This document shows, in pieces, positions 40,607 through 51,532 of a stretch of 64,000 bases of DNA. The DNA lies in IMG/VR virus record IMGVR_UViG_3300020050_005097, positions 12,308 to 76,307 of that record, one strand, 5' to 3'. Made by a program: the position numbers and the translations under genes. This DNA comes from a virus (lineage: Duplodnaviria > Caudoviricetes). Position 1 is the first letter of the stretch. Each line of letters opens with the position of its first letter. Below the pieces are notes generated by a model, which was not told the DNA's origin, did no database searches, and worked only from the letters and a program-made list of their open reading frames with translations.

Positions 40607-40969
40607 CTATTTAAGGTTAGAGACATCAATGTCAGGAGGTAGAGTTTGCGGATTCATCTTGAACTTAACCTCGGGGAGAAGCTCAAGATCATGGGGGTCC
40701 CCATCGACATCGAGCGAGAAAAGCTTCGTTCCGGTTTCGGTGGTGCTCACGTTGATAGTGCCAACTGGTGGCGTGGTATCAGTAACCGAGAACATCTGCC
40801 GAAGCACCATCATTAGCGCCCCATAAAGGAACGTGAACTGAGCAACCGTGTTTCCATCCCAGTCAAGCCACCCTCGCATCACAGCGAAAGCGACAGCAGC
40901 CGCGACAAGCGTTGCTCCTGCCTGAGACCAGACCTTGATGAACTTCTTTACAGACATCTTATCTTCCAT
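40607..40969 (-). CDS. holin-like two-TM membrane protein
   Basis: two N-terminal TMs; after tail genes. Confidence 0.55.
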   Translation of the reverse strand: MEDKMSVKKFIKVWSQAGATLVAAAVAFAVMRGWLDWDGNTVAQFTFLYGALMMVLRQMFSVTDTTPPVGTINVSTTETGTKLFSLDVDGDPHDLELLPEVKFKMNPQTLPPDIDVSNLK

Positions 40970-40971
40970 GT

Positions 40972-41394
40972 CTAACCTCCGGTGGTTGTAGTCGTTCCAG
41001 AAGTCGTATTCTGGGTTAATGCGTCCCGCTTAGACTCGGGCTTATACCCGTCCGCACATTCGTTGACTGGGTACGTATCGTCAGTGATGTGAAGGTATTC
41101 TTTTCGACGCTCATTGGCCAACTTGATTGTAGCAACCTCAGCCTCCGTCATGTCTGGAGTCGTCGGGAGATCCACGCTCAACAGCAACAGAATATCTCTA
41201 ATCGCCTGGTTGTTGTCCGAAATTGCGTGACAAAAAGCGATTGTCTGAGTGGCATCTTCTTGCTTAGCCCGCTCATAATCTTGATTTGCGTTGTTTTGAA
41301 TCCCGTAAAGAGCAGCGACAACACCAAACGTGATGATCACTGTCCAAAAAGTAAACAAATACTTTGTGGTTAACGTATAAATATGTTTATGCAT
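40972..41394 (-). CDS. membrane protein (lysis module)
   Basis: N-terminal TM, extracellular helical domain. Confidence 0.65.
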   Translation of the reverse strand: MHKHIYTLTTKYLFTFWTVIITFGVVAALYGIQNNANQDYERAKQEDATQTIAFCHAISDNNQAIRDILLLLSVDLPTTPDMTEAEVATIKLANERRKEYLHITDDTYPVNECADGYKPESKRDALTQNTTSGTTTTTGG

Positions 41395-41395
41395 A

Positions 41396-41524
41396 TTACC
41401 TGCTCTTGTATGTAAGTATGGTCATGATGAAAGTGCCCACCGAAGCCGCCGCAGTAAGGATTAGTAGATTTCTGTGGCCCCACCATAGTTTATAGACGAT
41501 TTCATTTTTCTTCTTTGTCGTCAC
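41396..41524 (-). CDS. 42-aa membrane micro-protein
   Basis: hand-translated; GGAGG SD before GTG. Confidence 0.5.
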   Translation of the reverse strand: MTTKKKNEIVYKLWWGHRNLLILTAAASVGTFIMTILTYKSR

Positions 41525-41777
41525 GACTATTCCTCCGGCGCTCGTCTAGAGCCAACGCAAACGGGGCCCCTAGCAGAGAAGCCAAAATCGGATACAGGAC
41601 TGGGTTTGGTGGGTTGGCGTAGAAAAGTTGGTTTGCAGTTCCAGCCAAACCCAACGTTAAAAAGAAAACGTCTCGAACTCGGTTAACCCACCTTGACCAT
41701 TCGGTGTCAGACACTCGAGGAGAATCCTCTTTTTTAACTGGAACTTCCGCATCATCTAATGGTTCCGACGATGGCAT
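41502..41777 (-). CDS. holin-like two-TM membrane protein
   Basis: two TMs, charged tail. Confidence 0.55.
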   Translation of the reverse strand: MPSSEPLDDAEVPVKKEDSPRVSDTEWSRWVNRVRDVFFLTLGLAGTANQLFYANPPNPVLYPILASLLGAPFALALDERRRNSRDDKEEK

Positions 41778-41811
41778 AAATGATCAATCCTTTCTCGTCG
41801 GGAGTTTAACC

Positions 41812-42972
41812 TTACCCAATAGATTCCAAAACTTCAGCGTATGGGGCAGACACTGTTGTGATGTATTTGGTTTCTGTTTTATCGACAAGCGTAGCATGTT
41901 CGATAACACGCATTTGTTTTCCGGCTTCATAGTTTGCTGCGACAAATACTAAATCCCCCATAAAGTAGTCTAACCCATACTTGAAATGCGACGAATTTAC
42001 TTCACACTCGATGAGGCCGACTGGTTGTTGTGCATTTGAAATGTCGGTAATTCTAGAATACAGAACATCTACTGGGTCGGATGGTGTAGCACTGGTCAGT
42101 AAATCCCAATCTTTAGCATCCACCGAAACATTTCTACAATCCCACCCAGTGGCTGTATGCGATAACGTTCGCTGTGTGTGTCCATCGGTTACCGCGTAAC
42201 CACCAGTTTTTCTATCCTGATTAGACCAAACATATCTTGGTTTAACGATCTCATCACGAGAAGAGTTGAACTGCACAAGTTCGCTTCGATTTTCTCCAAG
42301 ATACGCAATGAACCTAAACTCTGGAATCGTATCGGTTGGTCTAGACACTTTTAGCCCAATATCAGCTGCGCGTAGAATTTCATACACCGCATTTGATAAA
42401 TACGAAGGGCTTTTAATTACGCGGGTCTTTGTAGCCACTTCGTAAAAAACACCAACATCATAGGTAACCAAAACGTTTGGAAGCGCTTCGATGGCTCCTA
42501 ACGTGAGAGCCCCGGGATCATAATCGTCCGGATTAACTAAGTACCGATCCAACAGCGTGTTTACATGCATCCAAGAGTAATCGGCAGGTAATTCAAACTC
42601 CATTGGAGAAGTTGAATACACGCCCATTTGTTCTACTGGTGCAGGTGCCCAATCTGGAACCGCCATACTGTAAGTAACAACGCGATGATCCATGATTACA
42701 GCCGCTGCGCAACGACCAAAGACTTCCAATTTTGCAGGTCCTGGTTTTGTCTCATCAATGGTGGCCGTTTCAATTTCCATAACCACATTAGTGTTTGTGT
42801 GAGAAATGAATGTGCCTGGGGCAAACAACGAGACGTATTGTTCGGTTGGGTCACATACGACACGAACCTCTCCACCTGGGTAATTGTATCTTTCTACCCA
42901 TAAAACAGAATCGAGCCCAGTAATATGTTCCACAACGGCATAGGTTTCTTTTTCAAGAGTAAAAAGATCCAT
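41812..42972 (-). CDS. minor tail protein (ReqiPepy6 Gp37-like)
   Basis: SVLWVERYN N-terminus; YGLDYFMGDLV C-terminus; position after Dit. Confidence 0.75.
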   Translation of the reverse strand: MDLFTLEKETYAVVEHITGLDSVLWVERYNYPGGEVRVVCDPTEQYVSLFAPGTFISHTNTNVVMEIETATIDETKPGPAKLEVFGRCAAAVIMDHRVVTYSMAVPDWAPAPVEQMGVYSTSPMEFELPADYSWMHVNTLLDRYLVNPDDYDPGALTLGAIEALPNVLVTYDVGVFYEVATKTRVIKSPSYLSNAVYEILRAADIGLKVSRPTDTIPEFRFIAYLGENRSELVQFNSSRDEIVKPRYVWSNQDRKTGGYAVTDGHTQRTLSHTATGWDCRNVSVDAKDWDLLTSATPSDPVDVLYSRITDISNAQQPVGLIECEVNSSHFKYGLDYFMGDLVFVAANYEAGKQMRVIEHATLVDKTETKYITTVSAPYAEVLESIG

Positions 42973-42974
42973 TA

Positions 42975-43841
42975 TTACACCCCCCAGTATGTATATCGAT
43001 GATCGGCCCTGGTGAACTCGTGGTCTACAGAAACGCCAAAGAAGTTCCAACCCGGGTACAAATATGGCCAAATAGAACCCCATACGATTTTGTCTACGAG
43101 GGTTCTGTTGTCAACGCTTGCTCGGATTAGAGTGATGTATTTGTTGTCTTCTGCGCTGCTAATATGAATGATGTCGCCAACAAGAAAGTCGTGGCTAACT
43201 AAGAAGAAATACTTATCGGGGTTCTTAAGATCGTTGATCCTAAGGCTGCTTGTGTTGGTAGTGCAAGTAACCTCCATGAAGAACCCATGCGGAGCAGACG
43301 ACAACTCGTCGGTGTGACTGATATACGAGTATCCGTAAGTCTCTGGGTCTGGTCCAATCGCAATATCAGTGTTTTCTGTCGAACAGATAAACGGATACGG
43401 ACACGTAAGCGTCAGTTTAAGATCAGTCTCAGGAGCAAACTGCGACGCCTCGACCTTGCTAACTACTCCAAACAAACTACCGATATATGTAGAACCATTC
43501 ATGAACCTAAGCTCAAGCTTGCTTTCTGTATTGTATTCGATAGATTGAATATTGTAGGAAATGGCTTTGTAGATGGTGTCCCGAAGATCGCCAACGGTGG
43601 TCCCTTCTCTATAATTAGGATTAAGAGAGAGAAGGAGCGCCACCACACGTTCTTTTGGCTGCATTCGAAAGAACTTAGGTCCATCGTTGTAAGTATTCAG
43701 AATCTCTTCGACATCAAGTCCTGTAGCGGCCTTCAAAATATAAGGATTAGACCGATTTGGGCCGCCAACAGAAAAGGTGGCGTGAGTAATCTGAAGAATA
43801 CCCGTCTTAGGGGAACATAACTGGATCTCTGTGATGTTCAT
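42975..43841 (-). CDS. distal tail protein (Dit-like)
   Basis: YILKAATGLD; immediately after tape measure. Confidence 0.7.
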   Translation of the reverse strand: MNITEIQLCSPKTGILQITHATFSVGGPNRSNPYILKAATGLDVEEILNTYNDGPKFFRMQPKERVVALLLSLNPNYREGTTVGDLRDTIYKAISYNIQSIEYNTESKLELRFMNGSTYIGSLFGVVSKVEASQFAPETDLKLTLTCPYPFICSTENTDIAIGPDPETYGYSYISHTDELSSAPHGFFMEVTCTTNTSSLRINDLKNPDKYFFLVSHDFLVGDIIHISSAEDNKYITLIRASVDNRTLVDKIVWGSIWPYLYPGWNFFGVSVDHEFTRADHRYTYWGV

Positions 43842-46800
43842 ACGTTAAGCTCCTCCTTTGCGAGTGCAATCTGTGACCTAGTATTCCGATAAATATCGCT
43901 CGTGCTCAACTCGTGAGGAGCGTTGTTGATTTGCGTGAACTGGATTGGTTGGGTGGGTTTATCAGCCAACTTCGATGGATCGACGGCCGCTGCTGCGGCT
44001 TGTTCCTGAGCAACTACCGCCAACGACGTCGCCTGCTGTGTAGACAAAGTCGGATCGATAGTAGGCGTCTCCCAGAGATTATTCATTTCTCCAGCACCAC
44101 GTTTAACGCCGGTTAAATCAAGCACAGGAGTGATTGTCGGGTTAGAATCCCACAAGATGTCTGGGCTGATTGTGTTACTGGCCAGTGTATCTCGCAACCC
44201 GCCAATAATCCCGTCACCGAATGCAGCAGCTCCATCCGCAGCAGTTGTGTCGTTATTGAATCCAACGACAAATCCCTCTGCAATTGATTTAGCCATCTCG
44301 ATCATGACTTTAGAGGGGGAATTAATGTCAAGTATGTTCGCAATTGATTCGATTACTCCACCGGCAAGTTCCGCACCAGCATCATAAATCCCTTGTCGGC
44401 CAGACCAAAGTCCTCTGATAATTCCGATGACAATTGACTTAACTAAATGTTCAATTGCTTTGTCCAGCTTTTCCCCACCATTATCAATTGCCGTGGCGAG
44501 GTTTTCCATAAGGTTAGCCGCCAATTTTATAGCGCCGTCGTCGATTCTTTGCGATTGAGCATCGATGGCGTCCATAATTGCCAACACGAATCCGCCGATA
44601 GATTCACCCCATTCGCCAGCATGAAGCGCTAAGTTGTCGACAAAGTCAGTTCCGAGCTTAGAACCCATTGCCACTAAGATTGGAAGATTTCTATCAAGTT
44701 GAATCATTAACACGAGAAGGAAGAGCACGATAGATTCGACGATCTTAGGAACCGCGGCCGTCAATCCAGTCATAAAGGTTACAAACAACGTCGTACCAGC
44801 AGCCATAATATCAGGCAGCTTGAAGTTCAGAAACGCCAAGAACTGCATAACAATCGACGCGACTGTAAGCAAAATATCGCCAATGTGATCGTTGATTCCA
44901 TGTAAGAATGCCAAGAGCATGAAATAACCAACGTTGGTGATTCGTTCATAGTTGTCGTAAATGAACTGAATAATACCACCAAGAATAGCATTCCAAGCCG
45001 CGACCATCTCGGGCACGTGTTCGATTAGGAATTGCACGATGTATTTAACAGCCTTGCCGAGCAGTACGGTGAATCTTGGAATGTTGGCTAGCAAAGACTC
45101 GATGCCCGTGATGATCCCACGGAATATGGCGCCGATGAAGAGGGTTATCTCTCCGATCAGTGTCATGAATGTGGAGGGACCAATTTCGGCAAGAGTCTTG
45201 ATCGACGAAACCAAAAGCGCCACACCACCAGCAAAGAGTAGTACGCCCAAACCGAATAATGCCATGCCAGCACCAACGGTCACCAAAGCTGCCCCGAAAA
45301 GTGCAAGTGCTTCGGTGGCGCCGCTTCCATCTAAGAATAATGCGCCAACAGCAAGAAGTCCCAAAAATATGACGATTGCAGACATAACTCCGATTACTAC
45401 CCACAAACCGGTGTCAGCCAACAACTTTATTGCGGCAGCAAGAATTGTAATTGAAGCCGCAATAATCCCGATCGTGAATGCGCCCTCAATTGCTTCTTTA
45501 CCGTTTAGGAAATGGACAGCAACGACAAGTGCAATCAATGCAGCACCGAGACCTATGATGCCTTCCCACAACTCTTTGAGTCCCATGGTCCCAAACTTCT
45601 TCACTGCCTCTGCAAGAACAAGCATGGAGAAGCTGATAATCGCGATACCAATCGCAACTTCCTCCATTCGCTTTGGAGAACCAAAGCTGATAATCGCGAA
45701 AGTTATTAAGGCAAGAATGATGGCTAAGGAACCAAGACCCTTGGCCAAGACGTCCATTTCTGAACCACCAAGATCCGTAATAACTTTGGATAGAGCCAAC
45801 AATGACACTGCAAGAAGCCCGATACCAATGCCCTTAACCTGAGCGTCATCTGGGATGATTGTAAGCGCTGCGACAATCATTGCGATTGAGATACCAACCG
45901 CGTACATGCCTTGAACCAGGGTTTTGAAGTCCATCTTACCGAACTGCTCGACCGATTTAAACAACTTACCGGTTGCAAGCGCAATAGCAATGATGGCAAA
46001 TGAGGTAGAGAACATGTGCTTTGGACTGCCCATCAGTTTCATTGATGCGCCCAGACCGATCATAAGGACACTAACTGAGGTAAGACCACGCATTAATTCT
46101 AATGGGTCCATCGTAGACAACAACTTAACCGCAACCGAAAGAATAAGAATCGCGCCAGCAAGAGCCATAATGGTCGTACTCATCGTTGCGAAACTTGCGG
46201 TTTGCTCTAATCCCTTAATGCCACCTTCAGCGGTGCTAGTGTTTTTACCAAGAGACTTCATGGTTGCGCCTAGCATACCAAAACCAACGCCCATGGCAAT
46301 TAACGCTTTGAACAATGCGTCAGAATCGATGAGGCTTAGAACGACCAGCGAGACAGTTAAGATCGCGATCGCCTCCGCAATCTTAAGCATTGCTTCCGCT
46401 TTAATTTCTCTCTGCATGGCGCCCAGGGTGCCCGTAACACTTCCGATAAGGTTCTTGATTTTGGTGGTAAAGCTACCACCAAGAAGGGCGCCAATAATTC
46501 CGTTGTCCAACCAGTTTTTGAGGAATGCCCCAACCCCATACGCTGCGGCAATGATGGCTCCGAACAAACCAACATTTATAGCATCTTGTACAAGATTGAA
46601 ATCGCCACTCTTTAAAGCATCCGCAACCTTCGGGATGAACCCCTTGAACCAATCGGCGACCATTCCAATCTTTTCGCCAATCCAATCAAACACCTTACCA
46701 AGGAACTCTCCGACTTTACTAAGACTTTCAAACCGGTCTTGAACTCTACCGGTAGAGTCGCCGAGTATATCGAACTTCCCAGAAAGATTGTCTTTGTTGA

Positions 46801-48478
46801 AAAGACTGCCAATAGAGTCTTTAAACTGAACAAGAGCATCTTTGATTTTACCAAACGCTTCGATAATTGGTTGTAGTTTTGGCCCGATGTTGTCGTTGTA
46901 CAAACGAACAAGCGCGTCTTTCAACTCGCCAAACCACTTAACAACCGCTTCAAATTTTCCGGAAATGTTAAGTTCGCCAAGGAACTGCGCAATGGGGCCA
47001 AAGATCTTCATGAAGAACTTATCGATCCCACCACCGTCAAGAAGGCTCTTCTTAAGTTCAAACAGAGCGTCCCCGATGTTTCCGAAAATATTAAGGATAC
47101 CGATTCCTCCGGGCTTTACGGCACGGAAGAGAAGCAGGAAGCCCATGGCAATATTCTTGAGAATTGCAAATCCGATGGCGAGAATTGAAAACAACCCTCG
47201 AAACACACCACGAATTGCGTAAAGAACTTCAGATGTTGGCTGAAGAACGTTAGCCAAGAACGCAAAGACCTTTGAGATCTTAACAATTAGGGGTTCTGTT
47301 TGCGGAGGGAACACATCTTTGAATGCTTCACCAATAATCTTAGCGATTGCGTTAATGCTCTTGAAAATCGCAGTAAAGCCGCTGATGAGTCCCGGGATCG
47401 CAGCAGTTAATGCCGTGAAATTGATTTTACTAAGAAGGCTAATCGCGCCAAAAGTCTCGACACCTTCCATGGCTGAAAATGTATCGATAAGTGGGGTAAT
47501 AGCTTCTTTGAATTTCTTAACCACCGGCGTGATTGCGTTGAACAAATCCCTCATGTGAACAAGATGCGGAGTAAAGAACACCGCAGCAATTCTAGAGAAA
47601 GCCGACTTAAGGTTCTCCAAAGACCCGGCGTATGTTTCGTTAGCTTTCTTAGCGCTCGGTCCATATGCAGCAGACATGGCTTGCGAGAACTGCTTGAAAC
47701 TAAGTTCGCCGTTGGTAGCCATTTCTTGAACGGCTTCCTGACTAATACCCATTTGTGTAGCTAAGGCCGCCGTAGCATTCAACCCTCGGGTTGAAAACTG
47801 AAGGAGATCTTGGTTAGTGACCTTCCCCGCGGCAGCAGATCCGGAATATACATAGGCAATCTCGTCGAACGATGCTCCAGTCATTGCCGCTGCACCCGCG
47901 ATACCGAGCAGCGTGCTTTCCATTTCTTGGCCGACATCGATACCGGAAGAGGCTAACTGGGCAGCCGCTTTAGCTGAACTACCAAGACCATAAGCAGTGT
48001 CCTCAACCGCGGCTTTAGCGGAATCCATGGCCACTTTAGAGTCAACACCAATAGCCTTAAACATGAAGTCTGCATGTTCAAGATCAAGGGCTCGCTTTTT
48101 ACCGCCGGCTTCCATTGGTCCTAAAATAGACGCCGCCGTTGTTTTTGCAAACTGAAGGGCGCCATTAGTTAAATTCTGAATGACCGAAAATCCTACCGCG
48201 CCGAGAGCAGAGAACTTTCTTGAAATATCATCAACAGCTCGGCCAATGCCACTTAGATCCACCGTATGTGAACTGTCCGCAAGTTTTCGAATAACTTCGC
48301 CAGTGGCAGCAAGGTTTGTTGTTGAAGACTTAGAAACGCCGTCAAAGTTAAGACTTTCCTTAAGCCTATCGAGAACGCTAATTGTACCAGCTGCTTTTTT
48401 CTCGAAATCGGCGTTGTCAAACTTCATTGATACAACGCGTTCGTCGATGTTGTCGCTCATTGCTTCACCTCTCTCCAC
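43838..48478 (-). CDS. tape measure protein
   Basis: 1546 aa, Ala/Gly/hydrophobic helical repeats, tape-measure core (TAYGLGSSAKAAAQL). Confidence 0.92.
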   Translation of the reverse strand: MERGEAMSDNIDERVVSMKFDNADFEKKAAGTISVLDRLKESLNFDGVSKSSTTNLAATGEVIRKLADSSHTVDLSGIGRAVDDISRKFSALGAVGFSVIQNLTNGALQFAKTTAASILGPMEAGGKKRALDLEHADFMFKAIGVDSKVAMDSAKAAVEDTAYGLGSSAKAAAQLASSGIDVGQEMESTLLGIAGAAAMTGASFDEIAYVYSGSAAAGKVTNQDLLQFSTRGLNATAALATQMGISQEAVQEMATNGELSFKQFSQAMSAAYGPSAKKANETYAGSLENLKSAFSRIAAVFFTPHLVHMRDLFNAITPVVKKFKEAITPLIDTFSAMEGVETFGAISLLSKINFTALTAAIPGLISGFTAIFKSINAIAKIIGEAFKDVFPPQTEPLIVKISKVFAFLANVLQPTSEVLYAIRGVFRGLFSILAIGFAILKNIAMGFLLLFRAVKPGGIGILNIFGNIGDALFELKKSLLDGGGIDKFFMKIFGPIAQFLGELNISGKFEAVVKWFGELKDALVRLYNDNIGPKLQPIIEAFGKIKDALVQFKDSIGSLFNKDNLSGKFDILGDSTGRVQDRFESLSKVGEFLGKVFDWIGEKIGMVADWFKGFIPKVADALKSGDFNLVQDAINVGLFGAIIAAAYGVGAFLKNWLDNGIIGALLGGSFTTKIKNLIGSVTGTLGAMQREIKAEAMLKIAEAIAILTVSLVVLSLIDSDALFKALIAMGVGFGMLGATMKSLGKNTSTAEGGIKGLEQTASFATMSTTIMALAGAILILSVAVKLLSTMDPLELMRGLTSVSVLMIGLGASMKLMGSPKHMFSTSFAIIAIALATGKLFKSVEQFGKMDFKTLVQGMYAVGISIAMIVAALTIIPDDAQVKGIGIGLLAVSLLALSKVITDLGGSEMDVLAKGLGSLAIILALITFAIISFGSPKRMEEVAIGIAIISFSMLVLAEAVKKFGTMGLKELWEGIIGLGAALIALVVAVHFLNGKEAIEGAFTIGIIAASITILAAAIKLLADTGLWVVIGVMSAIVIFLGLLAVGALFLDGSGATEALALFGAALVTVGAGMALFGLGVLLFAGGVALLVSSIKTLAEIGPSTFMTLIGEITLFIGAIFRGIITGIESLLANIPRFTVLLGKAVKYIVQFLIEHVPEMVAAWNAILGGIIQFIYDNYERITNVGYFMLLAFLHGINDHIGDILLTVASIVMQFLAFLNFKLPDIMAAGTTLFVTFMTGLTAAVPKIVESIVLFLLVLMIQLDRNLPILVAMGSKLGTDFVDNLALHAGEWGESIGGFVLAIMDAIDAQSQRIDDGAIKLAANLMENLATAIDNGGEKLDKAIEHLVKSIVIGIIRGLWSGRQGIYDAGAELAGGVIESIANILDINSPSKVMIEMAKSIAEGFVVGFNNDTTAADGAAAFGDGIIGGLRDTLASNTISPDILWDSNPTITPVLDLTGVKRGAGEMNNLWETPTIDPTLSTQQATSLAVVAQEQAAAAAVDPSKLADKPTQPIQFTQINNAPHELSTSDIYRNTRSQIALAKEELNV

Positions 48479-48834
48479 ACGTCGTTGGCGATCTTGTCGA
48501 ACAATGGCCGGAGGGCCGGATTAATGAAATCTAATCCTTCTACATAACCACCACCGCCGGTCGCATGGCCATAGTGTAAAAGAACAACAACCGAGGTTCC
48601 CTCAGAAGTCTTATTACTGTTGTACCAATTAATAGTGTACTTCCCCCTACGCTTGATTACTTTGTAGTACCAATCGGAAGCGGTAAGACCACTATCAACA
48701 GGCGTCGCCTTAACTAGAAGGTCTACACCTTTTTGCCCATACTGACTAAGAATGTCAAAAGGCTTTCCTTGTTTCAAGTTGTTGATGAAGAACTCCGTTT
48801 TATCAAAGGAGCCACTTGATTTGGCTTCGATCAC
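48457..48834 (-). CDS. tail completion/neck protein
   Basis: ATPVDSGLTASDW...HYGHATGGGGYVEG. Confidence 0.65.
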   Translation of the reverse strand: MIEAKSSGSFDKTEFFINNLKQGKPFDILSQYGQKGVDLLVKATPVDSGLTASDWYYKVIKRRGKYTINWYNSNKTSEGTSVVVLLHYGHATGGGGYVEGLDFINPALRPLFDKIANDVWREVKQ

Positions 48835-48851
48835 AGTAACCCCTTTCTAAA

Positions 48852-49226
48852 CTATACGGCAATATCTCCGTAGAGGTACCACTCGTTGGTACCAACCTTT
48901 TCAAGGGTGAATCGAGAATACTGTCCTGCTGAATTTAGAGCTCCACCAAGAGAGTTGATGGTAACGCCTGACCCAGCGACAATAGTGGTTAGACCGGCAC
49001 CATACTGCGCTCCACAAATGACACTGCCAACTGGAATGGCGACGTCAACGTTCGGGGGAACCGTCAGGTTATTCGCCCCAGCCAAATTCATCTCAATAAC
49101 TTTGCCGGGATCGGTAAGCACCAGCGTGTAGTTCGCGGTCTTACGGGAAAAGATTACATCCCGTAAACGTACCGATGCGATTTGCTCATCCATGTGAGTA
49201 GCTGTATAGCTATTTACTGCAACCAT
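48852..49226 (-). CDS. minor tail protein
   Basis: beta-rich; TVPPN...AGSGVTI...GTNEWYLYGD. Confidence 0.65.
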   Translation of the reverse strand: MVAVNSYTATHMDEQIASVRLRDVIFSRKTANYTLVLTDPGKVIEMNLAGANNLTVPPNVDVAIPVGSVICGAQYGAGLTTIVAGSGVTINSLGGALNSAGQYSRFTLEKVGTNEWYLYGDIAV

Positions 49227-49235
49227 GAAAGCTCC

Positions 49236-50051
49236 CTATTCATACGTTGACGAAATCATGTAATCGCCAACGGTCGGGGTTCCGATAGTAGCCCCATCGA
49301 TTTGGAATGTGTTTGCGTCTAGCATCTCAACAAGATGCGCTGGACCAGTAGCCGTCCAGGTACCATCGCCATTGTCGGTGATAACAACACAGAGCATGGC
49401 GATAATATCAACCACCATCGGGAGTCTAGGCTCAACCGATTCGGTGCCGTACAGATAATCTTCTAAAAGCGCCAGTGCTTCTGGCCGAGTGGTACGCGAG
49501 TCAATTACCAAATGTGCCGTTGGTCGGCGACTTGGGAACTGTTCCGGGGTCCCGCTAAAAGACCAGCTGAACTCAATTGGAGCGACGTTTGTGTCTACTG
49601 TTTGGTTTGCAACGTTGTCGGGGATTGATGTGAGGTTGTACAAAATATGAATCTTGTATCCCAAATCCACACCAGTAACATCATTTCCAACAAGAGTTCT
49701 ATAGGACATACCAAAAGTATCTCTTGGTTGACTGTCCAATAGCAAACCTTCGTTCGTATCGACATACCCGTCAAACATTAGGAATTCGTCCGGATATGTT
49801 AATGCTTTAACCCTGGCGGTGAAATCTCCGTCCGTGACAAGATCGAAGGTTTTGACCCCGTCCAAATAGATTGGCGTAGCGGCAACATTGTCGTGAGCTT
49901 CCTCTACCGAGATGAGCCCGCTCCAAGAAAAGCCTTTGGCGCGCTCAGAAAAGCCAGTACCAATAGGATGAAGAGGAGAGTAAAAGACTCCTCTATCTAC
50001 ACCAAGTTCATAAACTCGTTCACCAATTTGATCCCACAAAAGTTTAGTCAT
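49236..50051 (-). CDS. second major-tail-protein paralog
   Basis: WDQIGERVYELGVDRGVFY homologous to 50637-51524. Confidence 0.75.
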   Translation of the reverse strand: MTKLLWDQIGERVYELGVDRGVFYSPLHPIGTGFSERAKGFSWSGLISVEEAHDNVAATPIYLDGVKTFDLVTDGDFTARVKALTYPDEFLMFDGYVDTNEGLLLDSQPRDTFGMSYRTLVGNDVTGVDLGYKIHILYNLTSIPDNVANQTVDTNVAPIEFSWSFSGTPEQFPSRRPTAHLVIDSRTTRPEALALLEDYLYGTESVEPRLPMVVDIIAMLCVVITDNGDGTWTATGPAHLVEMLDANTFQIDGATIGTPTVGDYMISSTYE

Positions 50052-50061
50052 TTACTACCTC

Positions 50062-50610
50062 CTAACCACTAGTGCCAAGTTTAGCTTTTCGAGCCGCGTT
50101 AAGTTCTCGGTTTCTTGCGGCGATCTCGCCCTTCGACATTTGCTTTTCATTCGAGTTCTTAATGCCACAGATTCTAAGTAAAGCAAACAGTCTATTCAAA
50201 TTCCAATTCTCACAATCGAACGGCACGCTATATGAGGTCATCCAGAAGTAGATTAACTCTGAAGTGATAATCTCCGGAGATTTCTTCGCCCTCTGGTTCG
50301 GAGGTTCATAGAACGTGGTCGCCGATTGAGCAGACGCAATATACTCACTGACTGCGTCATAATGTTTCTTAGAAAACAGTGAAACGATTTCGGAAGATAC
50401 GCCGGGCGTAACAAGCATCATCTCGATGTATGCTCTAACTTCTTCATCGGTCTTTTTCTCTGTGTCTAAGAACGGTTTTCCAAACTTTGCCTCCCATTTT
50501 GACAGTGCGGCCAGAGAATGCTCTAGTTCTAAAACAACGCCTTCCCGAATTACAAACTCGGAAGTTTCTTCGTTAAAGAACTCTTGCTCTTCTACAATTA
50601 ATGTGAGCAT
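50062..50610 (-). CDS. tail assembly chaperone
   Basis: LEHSLAALSKWE...ITSELIYFWM...NWNLNRLF; between tail tube and tape measure. Confidence 0.7.
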   Translation of the reverse strand: MLTLIVEEQEFFNEETSEFVIREGVVLELEHSLAALSKWEAKFGKPFLDTEKKTDEEVRAYIEMMLVTPGVSSEIVSLFSKKHYDAVSEYIASAQSATTFYEPPNQRAKKSPEIITSELIYFWMTSYSVPFDCENWNLNRLFALLRICGIKNSNEKQMSKGEIAARNRELNAARKAKLGTSG

Positions 50611-50636
50611 TCTCTGGCCTCCTGTCTAAATGATTA

Positions 50637-51524
50637 TCACGGATCGCGGGTGAAGGCCCAGTCGCTATCACTGAACGAGTTCAGAGCGTAACCGGTAGTC
50701 GCTTCCGCGAGAATGGTAAGGTGTCCGCCAGCAACGGCGATGGTGACGGTTCCAGCAGCAACAACAGCGTTGGTGTCGGCGCGACGGTAACGAACGCCAG
50801 TAACTGCGGGGATGGTGATGACACCAGTCGCAGAAACAAACGTCGGCTCCGTAGCCGTAACCAGCGTAATGCCACCACCGAAGAATGCAAGAACGTCATC
50901 CGGCTGAGGAAGAATCGGATCAACGCCAACGGAACCGTAAAGGACTGCTTCCAAATCAGCAAGCTCACCAGCATCGACAACAGTCGAATCGATCACGATA
51001 AGCGCCGTGGGCTTGTAGCCCGTGACGTTCACCGGAACAGTGGACAGCTTGTAGCTGAAAGTAATCGCCTCGGGCGAATCGTTGACAGTGCCGTACGCTT
51101 TCTCCGTCGGAGCAGCAGTAACACCATACATGAGGTGGATCTTGTACCCGTAATCCTCGCCATCGATGTCGTTGCCCTTCTTGGTCCGATAGGAAAGGCC
51201 AAACGAAGTGCGAGTCTGCTGACCAATGGTGACGCCAGCCGTGGGCGAAACGAGACCATCGAAAGGTTCAAACTCTACCGGATAAGTAAACGCCTCAAGC
51301 GTTGCCTCAAGCTGCTCGGCCGAAATGAGGTTCAGGTACTTGATGTTGTCAGCATACTTGGCGTTAGCCTCGGCACCAGTAGGAGACTCGGTAACGGTGG
51401 TGAGACCGTTCCAAGCAACACCATTGGTGTAGTTGCCGTCAACATCGGGGATGTAAAGGACCCCATGATCAACGCCCGTTTCATAGGTGCGCTCACCAGT
51501 ATTGTCCCAACTAAGTGCGGTCAT
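50637..51524 (-). CDS. major tail protein with C-terminal Ig-like domain
   Basis: WDNTGERTYETGVDHGVLY; strongly GC3-biased. Confidence 0.85.
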   Translation of the reverse strand: MTALSWDNTGERTYETGVDHGVLYIPDVDGNYTNGVAWNGLTTVTESPTGAEANAKYADNIKYLNLISAEQLEATLEAFTYPVEFEPFDGLVSPTAGVTIGQQTRTSFGLSYRTKKGNDIDGEDYGYKIHLMYGVTAAPTEKAYGTVNDSPEAITFSYKLSTVPVNVTGYKPTALIVIDSTVVDAGELADLEAVLYGSVGVDPILPQPDDVLAFFGGGITLVTATEPTFVSATGVITIPAVTGVRYRRADTNAVVAAGTVTIAVAGGHLTILAEATTGYALNSFSDSDWAFTRDP

Positions 51525-51532
51525 GATACTCC

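Noticed and set aside
50040-50610. Programmed frameshift in tail assembly chaperone
   Set aside because: No convincing slippery site or overlapping second ORF was found.
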